64,000 nucleotides of DNA from Paragordius varius. Its lineage: Eukaryota; Animalia; Nematomorpha. Both the position numbers and the translations under genes were made by a program. Below are positions 26,586-39,704 of the stretch, piece after piece. The stretch lies in NCBI GenBank assembly GCA_964247055.1, contig OZ176054.1, forward strand, positions 7,998,001 to 8,062,000. Reading direction: 5' to 3'. The notes under the pieces are model-generated. The model was not told the origin of the DNA and ran no database searches. It saw nothing but the letters and a program-made list of their open reading frames with translations. Numbering within the stretch: position 1 is the first letter of the stretch; each line of letters starts with the position of its first letter.

Positions 26586-26991
26586 AAAATGTCAAATATA
26601 AATGTAAAATAAAACGGAATACTCAAAAAATACAAAACTAAAAAGTTAATCCGATTCCGAATAATTTTAGGGTATATTGTTGAAACAATGCAAAACTTAT
26701 GATAATTCAAATCACATCAAATAAAAAATCAATTTCTATACAATATATAGAATAACTTAAGGCGGTTTTAAGGCGTTTTTGATATTTCGAAAATCGTAGA
26801 TGGGATTTGTTTAACTGTTAAATCCACAACTTAGCTTTAAAATATATTTGGGCCTAAGCTTTGGTACTGCGTTACAAAAATCTTTTCATTTATTCATTTA
26901 TTAAATTTTTATATCATTTACCATTAAAAAATGATTAAAAATGATTAAAATGATTGAAATGGTAAATTTGAAATATATGTAATTTTTAATG

Positions 26992-29900
26992 CTATGTAAT
27001 GTAAGGTTGTAACTCAATTGATATCTTTTAGAAAATGCATGACTTTCTTGAAAAAGCGCTTAAGTTCTTTTCGCACTTCAATATGTACGACATCCATAAT
27101 ATCATTCATTGTCATGGCGCCTGCTGATACAACTGTAATAAAAAAGATAAAACTATAGTTGCTGTACTATTTAATCCTAAATATCTTTCAAATATAATTT
27201 ATATGAAAAACATTTAAGGTTCATTTTTTATTGATATTTTTAAGAACCAGGGCTTCAGTCCTAAAAAAACCTCACGCGTTAGCCTGTTAGGCTTCAAAAC
27301 CAAATCACAGCCGGCATTTTAATAAAACTTTGCCCCTATAATTGAAAATACGAATCATAGCATTTACAGCAGTTCGCAACAGGGTGACAACGTCACCCAA
27401 GGGGGAGGGGGGTCGTAAAAAATTCTAATGAGGCGCGAAAAATTTGGATATAATTAAAAAATAAGCCAGAAACAAATTTAAGATTTGTCACTGATATGAA
27501 TATTAGAAAATTGCAAATAGGATCTTATTGATCGGTAAAATAAATTTACATTTTTATGTTATTTTTTAGAGGATGGCGCAGGAATTTTTATACTCAATTT
27601 GTTGGGGCGTATGTAAAAAAGGTTGGGAGCCACTGATATACAGATTATAATTTCAGAGTTTAATTGGGAAACTAGATATTTTTGTGCGAAAATTATAAGC
27701 ACATAATGTATTAATGTCCTAGATGAATTGGGGCTAGTTTAACCTAGGCCTAAAATATTGTTTAAAATATGAAATACACGGAAGGAATATTTTAAAATAT
27801 AACATTGGGGTATTGAGATTACGATTATTATATTTAAAAATCTGCCACAGCTCTAAATGAGTTATATGATGGAATTAATCTTATTTTGAGATAAAACGAT
27901 TATGCAACCTTTGTTTGAATGGTGTCTATATTCAACTACTCCAATTTATAACGAATGATATGAATATATTTAAAATACTAAATATATATTTTTTGGTACT
28001 TATTAAATTGTTTGCATTAATTAATTACTTGATTCACATGCCTTTTTTACAATTAATTAATGATTTCAATATTTTTCCTTATTATTAAAATATTATTCAT
28101 GGTGATGAATTAGTGTTAACAAACTACTATAATATGTGCTAAAACTGGTTTTCAAGTTACCAGTCCTAAAACCCCACAGATTAGGAAAAACCACCCAACT
28201 AACTGTTTTAAAAACTATTTAAACTAACTGTACCTGTTCCTTTAACCAATATAAAGACGAAAATGATGCAATATTTCTAGGTCCCTCAAACTTACCCAAA
28301 ATCAAAGTTTAGTTGTTAAATATATATATAAAATCAACATATATTAGACCTGAATTATCCACAACATCATCGCTATATTGGTCATCCATATAACCCTAAG
28401 AGACAAATTTTAAATTTGTAATGAAATTAAATAAATTTTAAAGGAATAAGATTACTTGATATTCTTGTGTTTTTGGGCCTTTTTGACCGACATTGCTAAC
28501 TAAAATTTTATTATTGTAAAAAATATTTAATGCGTATCAATAACAGTGGCTCCACACAAATGGCTTCGTAGGCCGCATTCGAGATATATATGGACATTAT
28601 TTAATAATTTTAGAGAGTTTTAACATAAGATTAAAAATACAGACTTGAGTTTTGTTAATCGGTAAATTGAAAAATCATAAAATTTTGTCAACATATTTTT
28701 GCAAATTATGGATTTTCAATTTTTTCGCGGGCCGCGTGTTGGACATATTTAATTTATAATCGATAATATATACAGGAACTAAAAAATTGCCATTTTTCAA
28801 TAAGAAAAAATGGTAAAATATACATACCAGCCTTTTTCATAGCATATTTTTTCAGGGTTTTACGGAACGTGTCAGATATAATATTGTGAACATCATCTTG
28901 TTTATACAAAGATTGGATTGTGTTGAAATCATCATTACCGAAATAGCTGTTTAACATTGATCTAATCTTCGATTTTAGTTGTTCAACAGTTAAACTTTCT
29001 TCGTGGCCCACGACACCCTCATTCCATTTTGGATAAGATAAAGTTTTTGGATGGTTGTTTATATTTATAGGTGCTTTTGACAAATCATTATAATGGGTTT
29101 CTTTTAATTGGGGCGAAGAAACTGGTTTTCCCGGTATCCGCATACGCTTAATGCGACGAGCGATAGTTTGTTTTGGTTGTTCGGTAGGAGTAAAATAATC
29201 TATATTGTGATAGAAAACTATTAAGAGTTTAATTTCCTGAAGTTTAAGGGAAATATATGAATAAGCAGCGCCTAGATTAAAAGTGGGTTTTTGTAGTATG
29301 AATGATGAATCAAAATTGCAAACTAAAAAAATATAGTTTGAAAAATGTGCCACTACCCTACAACACTTTAATTAATTATTAAATATTATATACCTATAAG
29401 ATTTAAATTAACGAATTAGTCTGTTTACTCTCGTCGTTTGTAGGATTTTAAAAATTCGGCTTTTTTAAGCGGTATTATATGTGATATGTAAGAATATATT
29501 TTAGGACTTTTTATGCGAGAGTAACCTTGTAAAATAAACGATTATTTTGAAATTTTTTTTGCGATAATTACATTTAATATATTATAAACTGCTCATCTGG
29601 AGTACAAATTTCAAGCTTCTAAATCTATTTGAAACATACAGATTTTACTATTTTGATTATGTTACTCAAATATATTTATTTAATTAGTTTCATAGCTTAA
29701 ACTAAAAGAACTATTTGGTGGTTGAAAGTTTGAAATTATTTTTTGGAATAATGCGCTTAATAGGCCATAGATAGCACATTTCATAAATTGGTCCAATATC
29801 ATATTTTTAAGTAATCCGTTTAAATTATTATGGGGTAAATTACCACAAACGATGATAAAGTTTTAATACTACCTTCTTGGATGTTGGGCATTATAGAATT

Positions 29901-31845
29901 TATCAAGTTTTTGATTGCTTCTTTCAACATTGGCATGTTAAGGCCATAAGAATTGTCTGTTTGCACAAGATTGTCATAAATATTAGTTTCATATTCGTCA
30001 TTTCTGTGTCCTATATCACGGCGCATTTTGTTGAACATTGAAGGAAAATATTTGCTTAAAAGACTAGTAGTATCGATATTAAAATCATTATTAAAATAAT
30101 ATGCCGGGTTAGTGTCTTTTTGCTCGCTCGACATAAAACTCGAATCATAAGATTTTACATATGGTTCGTAGTAATTAGAGAATGATTGTTGTTGGGCATT
30201 GAATGAATCAATTAATTCCCGTTTAAATGAGTTCAAAGGAGGTACAGGATACGTATAATCCTTTAACTTGGTTGTTTGATTTGAGGCATCGTTTATTGGA
30301 CCCAAATTTTTTGAACCCTCAGATAGTACCAATGATTGATTTTCTAAGGCACCCAATTTTTCATCATTTGCTTCAACAACATTGTCAAATACGTCATCGT
30401 TAATGAATGTTTCAATCAGCGGTAAATCCTTATCATTAATTTTTTTAAGTTTAAGAGGTTGAATGTTTTCGTCAGTTTCAATGTGCGTTTCTGGAATTTC
30501 AGCCATATTAATTTCTAAAATATATAATTTTGTACAAATTATAAAAGTTGTTGCCAAAATTATCACAATCATTCAATTGTAATATATTACATTTTCATAA
30601 ATTAAGAATAGCACGGAACAAACTATGTATCTAAAAAAGCCCATTATACCAAATAGTATAGCAGTTTATCAAATAAATGTTATTTTACCAGTTTTCTTTT
30701 CAAATGTATTTGGGGTAGTTATGTCATCATCGGATGGGATAAGTATTGCCTGTTGATTTTTTAGTTCTTGTGCAGTAACCGACAAAGTTTCATTTAACTT
30801 TATAACTTTTGGCTCGGAATTTGTATCAGGCCCTTCATTATTTTCTGGAGAGGTTGTCACATTTTTATTCTCCATCGTAACAAATGTTTCATTCTCCTTT
30901 TGTTTAAAGTATTCCATAACTTTCTTTTTTAACATTTCTAAAGGCATTATTTTAAATTATTTTGTATGTCGAAATAAATATAAAACCGATACAAATATTA
31001 ACTAAACAAAGCATATATCGTTCGTGTGAATAATTTTACAAAACTTTCAAATTTATGTCTGTCGTTAAATGTAATTATTACTAGCTAAAATTTCCCCTTC
31101 TGAGCCTTTGTGCGCATATGTAATTACCTAAAATTCTCCCCCTAAATTTCTCCAATTCCTTTAAGCTATCAAATAAAAAATATACACAGTCAAAAGTCTC
31201 TTTTTCCCTTTTGTATATTAAAGGATAAGGACTTAAATTGTATCCAGACATGTGAAAGCTTTAACACTCGTCTGCCCAGGGCTGACAGTATTGCGTAGTT
31301 TTGGGGTTCAAACTCTGGCACTCTACACACATAGTGTGAGAGTCCGGCCCCCTACCTTTTAGATCAGGGATGTCCAGCACAATGGCTTCGTGGGCCGCAT
31401 TCGCAAAATATATGAGCATTAAACAATATTTTTAGATTTTAGACATTAGTCATTAAATCGCTAGTTCATTGCCAAAATTTGGAAAGACTTATTCAGAAAA
31501 TTTCTATAATATTTTTTAGCAGATTATTATATATGAAATTACTAAGAATTCCCGCGTACCGCGTGTTGAACACCCCTGAGATATTAAATATATCGATATA
31601 AAATACTAACCTTTTAAATTTACGTAAAATGGATCTATTTCTTCTGTATCATTAATGCTGCCTTTTCCATCATTCGATTTCGTTGATGTTACAAAGGATT
31701 CAACATTCGAATTAAAAGAGTTTTCTTCGATAGCATTGGTATTAATATCATCAACTATAACATTGTCCAAATCCAGGGTAGTGACAAGCGATTTTGTAAC
31801 CAAAAGTAACACGCTTACCGTTAAAGCTAATCTCACCATCCACAT
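26992..31845 (-). CDS. Orphan secreted acidic, Asn/Glu/Thr-rich protein with dibasic sites (prohormone- or granin-like organisation)
   Basis: Signal peptide MWMVRLALTVSVLLLVTKSLVT. Exons 31845-31611, 30937-30689, 30514-about 29850, about 29330 (or 29200)-28790, 28499-28456, 28395-28350, 27132-26992 (TAG). Junctions around 29850-29200 and the last exon link are uncertain. Confidence 0.65.
27247..27635. mobile_element. hAT-like MITE remnant
   Basis: Ends CAGGGCTTC and GGTTGGGAGCCACTG, with internal GGGTGAC-aac-GTCACCC hairpin. Right end resembles 62604-62620 (GGTTGGGAAGCACTG). Confidence 0.45.
28545..28745. mobile_element. Family D hAT-like MITE, degenerate
   Basis: CACAAATGGCTTCGTAGGCCGCATT ... 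GCGGGCCGCGTGTTGGACA, shared with 31365-31578, 59375-59690 and 61959-62202. Confidence 0.6.
31365..31578. mobile_element. Family D hAT-like MITE in intron 1 of the secreted-protein gene
   Basis: TIR CAGGGATGTCCAGCAC / GTGTTGAACACCCCTG with subterminal GGCCGC motifs. No clean 8-bp TSD. Confidence 0.7.
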
Positions 31846-32625
31846 TGTAATTTTTACAAGTATTTATTTAATAAATCGGAATGTAAACTATTTTATAATG
31901 AAAACGATATTTTGTAACTTACAAAATATTTTTTAAAGAAAAATATATAAAATACTAAATGTGCTTTTTGCCATCATCCAAAAATTTATAGCTTTAGGGG
32001 CTCTCAAACACGCATTTTGTTTATTAAAAGAAGGAGATACAGACTTATGCACATAAAATTTTTATCCTCACACTACTTAATTTTTTTGCGTCCCCTTTTT
32101 TCATAAAAACCTATTATTTCTATATTTTCTTATAAATATTTAAAATACATTATTAGATTATTATATTTACATATTCGGAATAAATTTTCAGCTGTTTATC
32201 AAAAGCTGGCAAAAATGCGTCAATAATAGTGATATAAAAAATGCAAGCACATGCTTTAGGTTATATTAGTATCCTGTTGCAGAAATTTTTATAATATAGC
32301 TTGTATTATAATACCTTTTATTATATTTTATTTATTTTTTTGAGTTAAGGGCACAATTAAATTCATTTTGATAATTTTGAATGTTGAAAATATCCAAAAT
32401 AATAACATAAATAATAATGAAAACAGACATAAAAATTAAAAAAATACGAGAAAATTGTGGAAAATAAAATTTTTGTTAACCTATATAAAAGTGTTGCGAG
32501 GATAGTATTATGACCTAATTTGAAATTGTTGTATAATGTAATTTTACAATTTATATTTAAATTCATTTTAAAGCCCGACAGATATCATAGGGTACAGGTA
32601 GAGGCTTTACTTTGAAAGTTAGGAA

Positions 32626-33309
32626 TAGGGTTGTGCATTTGACTGTTTTTTCAAAAATGTCCGGTCAGACCCAGTCAGACTATGGTCATGACTAATTTTT
32701 ACTTATGTAAATATCATGTGATAGAGATTGTGAAAATAATGCTGAAACTTGCGTTTCACTAATAATGTCATGTTTTTTCTTAAGTTTGTATTATTCATTT
32801 TTTTATATATATTTTTTACAAATATATTCAATCAGAATTTTGTTTTCAAATAAATTTTGCTACATGTGTGTGGCCTTCTAAATCTTCGAATGCATAGCTT
32901 TTAATACTGGATATTTTAAATAAAATTTTACCTAGTTTGTTTTACACTTTCTTTCATCAATGATTAAATATAAGATGTTTTTGATTTTATTGGTTCACAA
33001 TTGCTTGAATGTTTTGTTATTCGACATAACTGGATATGCTTAAATGCTGATTGTTATAAAATGTTTAACAATTTTTAATATATTGTTAAATAAGCATATT
33101 TAAATATCGATTAATTAATTTATTTAAATATTTGATTCATATAAAATATATTAAAAACAATAAAATTTTCCTAGCTCTCTTTCAAAAAAAATTTACTATC
33201 ATTTATTCAAAAAACGGATGTTTTTTAAATGACCATGGTCAAAAAATAAATAGTCACTGACCTGGTCATGACCCGGTTAAACGGGTCATGACTTGGTCAG
33301 TTAACCCTA
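32626..33309. mobile_element. Non-autonomous hAT derivative (TAGGG...CCCTA)
   Basis: Termini TAGGGTTGTG and TTAACCCTA with GGTCATGACC subterminal repeats, as in 57597-58975. Confidence 0.7.
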
Positions 33310-33339
33310 ATTAAAAATAATTTTTTTATGCTGAACATA

Positions 33340-33810
33340 TTTATCACCTCAGAAATATTTAAAATATATATTTTTTTAATAATCCCCCAATTTAAAAACA
33401 CACACCATTAAAATTTAAATTCTGCGGTAAAAATGTTTAGCAACATTGTATTTAGAAAAGTTTTTTTTATATCTTAAAGCATTTTGCCTTTCCACCATAC
33501 CATAAAATAGAATGAGGTTCGCTTTAAATATATTCCAAAAATTGCATTTTTATTAAATTAACATTTTTTTTAAATTTATTTCCCACTTTTTCTGCATTTA
33601 TATTTTAAAACAATGAAAAAATTTGAGACTTTCGAAGCTCACATCTACAGAATAAAATTTCATAAAAATATTGTTTTTTACTTAAAAGTGTGCAAATTAT
33701 GGCATTTTTAATGGAGCAGTTACTAAAAAGTAACTTTCATATAGCACTCGTAAGGGCCAAAACCAAAAGCATTATGATAATCCTGATACATTTTCCTATA
33801 TATATATTTC
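33340..33810. mobile_element. Family C right arm
   Basis: Ends gccaaaaccaaaagcattatgataatcctgatacatt, matching 47160-47197. Confidence 0.6.
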
Positions 33811-34499
33811 AGAAGGAGATTTATTTTGTAGACACTTTGCATATCGTATTTTTGTAACTTTAATAATTAAGAATGAAAAGAATATTTGGTAGAATAAGTT
33901 ATATTATTTGAAATTTCTTTAGATAATGATCTTTCCAATATAACTTTTATTTTTGGTGAATAGTATATATTGCGTTTTTTAGAGGTGTAAAACTAAAAAC
34001 GTAGAATGCTGGCTTTTATAACAACGTAAATTGTGTAGGCCTCAAATCATAAGTGGAAAATTGATATGCGCCAAAAATAGTCGAGTATATTTTGAAATAG
34101 CACCTCAAACCTCGTGTTGAATCGGAATTCCTAAAAAAGCGAGTTCCCGAAATTAAGTGCTTTTGAGGATCTTCCGGCCCAGATTTCGCCATATTTTTTT
34201 TAAGAGCGCGCCAAACATTTAGCCTCTGTAATTAGCCGCTCCCGACCTATGACATTATTTTTCTTAAATAACCAAGTCCCCAATAAAGTTTTAAGCATTT
34301 TATTGCCCTTATGAGATTGTATGAAATAAATAGTCTAACTCAGTAGTTAAAGTATCAAAGAAATTTTTAGACCCATTGCTTTTTCAATTAGACGGTAGAC
34401 TTCCACACTCGATAAAATGCGCCCGAATTAAAATAACGTGGTTTGAAACTAATTTCTCAAATTATAAAACTATATGGATTTAATAACACAGTGTAAAAA

Positions 34500-36440
34500 A
34501 ATATCCGATTAAATAAATATTCTGATAAGATAATGTATCAGGATTATCGTGGTGCTTTTAATTTTGGCCCTTACCAGCGATTTAAGAAGGTTATTTATAC
34601 TTTATGGTAAATGCTAAAGATAAAAAAATGGCAAATTTTGCACACATTTTGTTAAGCAATTTTTTACGATGAAAGCTAATTTCATTCCAAAAATATTACT
34701 AAAATACATCATAAACTAAAACATAAAAAGCAAAATAATATTTTTTTAAAAATTTAATTTTTAGACGTGGGCACCGAATGTCCCAAATTTTGCTCTACTA
34801 TAAAATGGGCTAGTTTTCTTAAAATAGCCGTAAAAATGGCGAGATTGTACAAATTTTATTATATACTAAATTTTGATAAATATTTTTAATGCATGATTCT
34901 TTTGATAAATTTAATTTTTGGCAAAATTTGTTGAAGCGTGCTTTATACTATTTTGATACATGATGGAAACGGTATAAAAACGTAAGAAAACTCTTTTCAT
35001 TTCTATCATCTCAGAATGATTACAATGTCTAGTCTTCAAATGTATTTTTATAGAAATTGTGATTTTTTACAAAAACACCATTTAAAAGCAACCTTTAAAT
35101 TAAAATTTAAACCGATAGAAATGTTAATTATCGAATCATATAGAAAACGTATTTGATCTTAACACTTATTTTTTTTATTTTTTTCTTAGTTTAACTTTTG
35201 GGGGTGTTTTAACTCCCAGAGCTCATCTTTATAAATAAACACAATTTAAGTTATTTTAGTTAAAATTTGATTAACAAAATTATTCTCATGTATTAGTTAT
35301 ATATATTTTAATACAGTTTTGTGACTTCTAGGGTCTAAAATTGGTACACCCTTAAAAACACGCTTGAAACGAACAGCTGATAATAAAATAAAAATATATC
35401 AGGTTTTTGATAGTAATATAGCATGAAAGCTTTTAAAAGTTAATTATTTACATTTTCTATCCATAATATGCATTTGTTTGCCTGTTGCATTAGCGATTTT
35501 AAAAATTTTAGAAAAGAAATGGCGGCAAAAACGAATGAGAGGAGGATTTTTTTACAATACATTTTTAAAATTTTTCTTTAACACTTCGATTCAAATTGGG
35601 GTATCTAAATACCCCAGACTAAATTAAAATTAAATTTTTAAAAAACTACTGAAGGAAACGGTCCCAATTTAAATTTATGCTTCTATCCTGATAAATATTA
35701 TATAAATATGCCAAAATATCTTGATTAAATTTTGTTTTGCAAAAAAAGTTCCATCTCAAACTACTTCGACGCCATTTTTATTTTACAAAAATATTGCAAA
35801 ATATCGTCTTAATTTTTAGGGTAAAATTAAAGCTTATTTTTTATATAAATTACATCTAACATTGATAGAAATAGAAAAAGCGGTTTATTTTGTATTATTT
35901 TTTAATTTTACAATTTGACAACGTGACTAAATTTTTACCTTTCAGTTTTAGTTCAAAATAAGTAATACCAAGTATTTTTGAATAAATTTTTTTATATATT
36001 TCGGTTTATTAATGTTATGTAAGTTCAAAATTTTGCCATGGTTTCGATTGCTTCCATACTTTGTAAAGTATTTGATTTTAAACAGGCCTGGGGTATCCAA
36101 CTACCCCAATTTGAATCGAAGGACTAAAATGAGTGTGTTGTATCCAAGTGTTAAAAAACGCGATATTTTGCAAAAATTAAAATAAAAATGGCGTCGATGT
36201 AGTTTGATATGAAACTTTTTCAAAAAATTTTATTTAGATATATCGGCTTATTTATATAAATTTTATTGGGATAGAAGCATAATTTTAAATTGGGACCGTT
36301 TCTTTCACTTTTTTTATTAAAACATAAATTTAAATATATCCTGGAGTATTTAGATACCCCAATTAATCGAAGTGTTAAACCACTCGTAAGGGTCAAAACC
36401 AATAGTGCCATTATAATCCGATACCTTATCCTATCAGTAT
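34500..36440. mobile_element. Nested transposon cluster: family C > family B > family A, plus an inverted partial A
   Basis: C left part 34500-35158; TTAA; B 35163-35577; TTAA; complete A 35582-36150; TTAA; inverted partial A 36155-36374; TTAA; C right end 36379-36440. Confidence 0.75.
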
Positions 36441-37252
36441 CTATATATTTCCTCAGGATATTAATATTCCCCCCGATTTTTTTACAGTGTGTAATTAACT
36501 ATTTTTAGATAAAAATTTATCCAGCCCCTATCAATTAATCCTGGTAGGCTTTCATCCTCTGTGAAATGACTATAGTAAAAAGTGACTTACAAGCAAATTT
36601 TCGCCCCATGTGGAATAATGGTTTTAGGTATTTATTGATAAAAGCCAAATTTATCATTTTTTCAAAATCTTTAGGGTCAGTCTGTAAAAAATCATTAATG
36701 AGAATTAGTGTGGCAAACAGTTTTTCGAAAATCTTGGATACCATATATTTCGTATGGGGTTTTTCATTTTTAGAAAAAACCTTAGTTATGAACTTTTATT
36801 TATAATACCTTTCAATTTCATAACCCACTAAGTCACAGCGACGCGTGACAAAACAGGGTTAATTTATAATAATAGAAATTATTTTTGATCATTTTAATTA
36901 TATAAAACAGAACAACTTTAGTTTCTTAAGCTAAATTTGGCTATCCTATATACTAGACAATAACATTTTATATCTAGCAATATTTTATATTAAATTAAGT
37001 CCATTGATCATGTTATATTTTTATAATTTTCATTAAAACCTAGAAGCAATTTTGACGGCAAAAATTTCAGATTAATATTTTTGTATAACTCAACTTCATT
37101 TAAAATGTTTTTTTATCAAATTTGTTGTCTATATTACGTATGTTAGACGCCCCCTCTTAATTCATAAAAAGAAAGTGCAAATTTAATCATAAATTTTTTT
37201 AGTCACACTTTTAGTGAGTGTTCCCTACAAATGCTGAACCACCAAGTTTAAA

Positions 37253-39572
37253 ATGAACCCAATTCACGAGATATTATATGATGTAACTTTAAAATAATCA
37301 TTCAAGCATTTAAATATTAAACATATTCTCTATCTAGGTGATGATAAAATTTCTAAGAATATTATTATTTTTAATAGTTTTTTACGTTTGGGAGTATTTT
37401 AATTTTTGAAATTTAGATAAATCCCATTATTATAGACTGTAATGATGTTGAATCTGACCACAAACAACTTTGGATATTATTTGTTGATAAAATTTGCCAA
37501 AAATATAACATTGATTATGATATACTTTCAATTTCAGATATCATAGATGCTCAAAAATTGATTACCGATAAACATTTGCACATCGTAATATTTATTTTAT
37601 TTCAGCTCTTTTTAAATGCAGAAAAGTTAAAATATATTGGTCATCATCCCTTGTCTATGATTTCAAGTTTGGGCAACAGAGTAAAATTTAATATTTATTT
37701 TAGATAAATATCTCAACCATATTCATATACGAGACGAATATCAATATAGTATTTGAATATTTCACTCCATTTGTAATAAATGACTCGTTGCCAAATCGGG
37801 GTTTAGTTTACCTTATAATTTTATAGAGGAAATGAAATTAATTTTAACTCAATACTTGACTGAAATGAGTATTGGTATTGATAGTTCGCAAATGGCCAAT
37901 GTCATAAATATTATTTTAAGTTTATATTATCCAATTTGTAGGAATTCAGCCAAATTGATTCAATTGGTAAAATCTTATTAAAAAATTTATAGGCTGAAGC
38001 TATTATGTGTCCGCAAAAAGAAGAAGGTTACTCAAAATATAGTTTATTGTATAATTCATTTTATATTTTAATTTGATTTTTTTTAATTATCGCACATTAT
38101 CTCATTATAACTCCAAATTAATTAGTCTGATATCGAACGATTTAATTTTTAACCATATATTTTGGCAGTAATTGTTGCATGTTAGAGAAAACCTGTCATT
38201 AATAGCTAATAATTAAAAAATTTATATTTTTTAATAAGGATTATTTCTAACTAAGGTTAAATTAAAATGGTAATAAAATAATTGGAGAACTATATAATGT
38301 CCATAATATATTTTCAACCTTAGAATATTCGATCAATAGAGAATTCAAAAATTTATTGTCCCTATATCACCGCTTTATTTCTCCCACAAATGATCCGAAA
38401 TCTCCGTGTAACATTTATATATATTTATATATGTTATAAGACCATAAAAATATTTAATTGCATTTTAACATAGGATAAATTTTTGTATATATATATATAT
38501 ATATAAATATAGCACGGGACATTGATTTCAAATCAGATTATTTATTAAAGCTACCCTTAACACACAAATTTATCTTGTTGTCGGCTTTTATTGCATCATT
38601 CCAAACAAATACTCAATCTATTACGGTAATTTGTGTTTTTTAAAACGCTTGTTTTTCCCGGCATATTTTTTATTGCTAATATATTATTATAAATTGGTTA
38701 TATTTATAAAGTTTTGTTCTTAAATTGAGTTAATATGATATTTTATCGATTATATTTAATCATATTATAAATATAGGACACATATAAAAGCAAGAAAAAA
38801 CGCAAGCAAAACAAAACCAAAAACAAAGGTTCTATCGAATCCGAAAAATTGCTGTTTCCAGCCACGTTTACAACTAATCGCTTGATAACAGTCTTCAGAT
38901 TTGTTTCACGCGGATGGCAAATACATTCCAATTATGAATTTTCATTTGGTTTTCAGACAGCGGTAGATCTTTAATTGTTATTTAAAATTTTTGTGGACAA
39001 TTAAAAACCTATCAATTAACTTTAAAACAATAACAAAAGACAAAAATTTCAAAGCTCTTGTGCCATTAAAATTGAAAAATCTCTTATTTTAAACTTTTGA
39101 TGCTAATTTTTTAGTTTCGTAAAACCAAATATAAAATTGGGAAATTCAAATACAATTTATTATATGGAACACAAATTTTTGATATTTATTTTACAAACGT
39201 TTGTATAATTTTAATTTAATTTTGCAGGCCATTTGAATTTTGTTTATTTAAGTTGCATATAAAAGTATTATTAAATATATAAATAATGGATTTGAAAATA
39301 TTACAACAGAATAATATAGCTTTAAGTATAGTTATTTGCAAATTAAGTTTACGATAACCACCAAATACATTACATTTCATATTTAACTATGTTAGGTCAA
39401 GTCCTTGATTAATCATAAATATATTGTTGACGTTTCAACAACCGCCATAACCAAATTTAATTGCACAATGACTTTGAATGAAGCCAATGCGATAGCCAAG
39501 TTTTTTTATTAAATTTTATCTAACGTGTGTAGGAGTATCGGATTCGATTTGAATGGTATTATGCAAGTTTAG
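37253..39572 (+). CDS. ORC5: Origin recognition complex subunit 5 (about 385 aa), absent from the ORF track
   Basis: Exons 37253-37282, 37307-37393, 37417-37584, 37606-37680, 37704-37800, 37827-37966, 37993-about 38030, 38324-38407, 38513-38625, 38777-38962, 39396-39499, 39533-39572 (TAG). Motifs in ORC5 order: IIIDC, HILFLNAEKL, FTPFVI, INIILSLYYPICRNSAKL, LYHRFIS, LPLTHKFILLSAFIASF, LLFPATFTTNRLITVF, KFNCTMTLNEANAIAKSIGFDL. Confidence 0.88.
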
Positions 39573-39704
39573 TCCTCATACCAAATTTTTTTACATATAT
39601 ATTATTAATAAAGCATTAATTTATTCATAATTGCAAACCATTTAGATAAATCATTATAAGATTTTAACTTAATACGTTCTTTTTAACTCTGAGATTTCTT
39701 TCAT

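Noticed and set aside
31260-31330. tRNA or SINE head (GGTTCAAAC B-box-like); also GGTTCAAATC near 63560
   Set aside because: No A-box at the right spacing and no cloverleaf could be folded.
36535-36780. Retroelement or Tc1 motifs (SKIFEKL, TPYEIYG, NPIRNIW)
   Set aside because: They are short matches in different frames, flanked by stops, with no supporting domain context.
38495-38560. Apparent circular permutation of ORC5 (IARDIDFKSDYLL resembles the ORC5 C-terminus but precedes LPxxxKFIL)
   Set aside because: The real C-terminal exons (39396-39572, AIAKSIGFDL) lie downstream in normal order, and the IA codons fall in the intron. The resemblance is coincidental.
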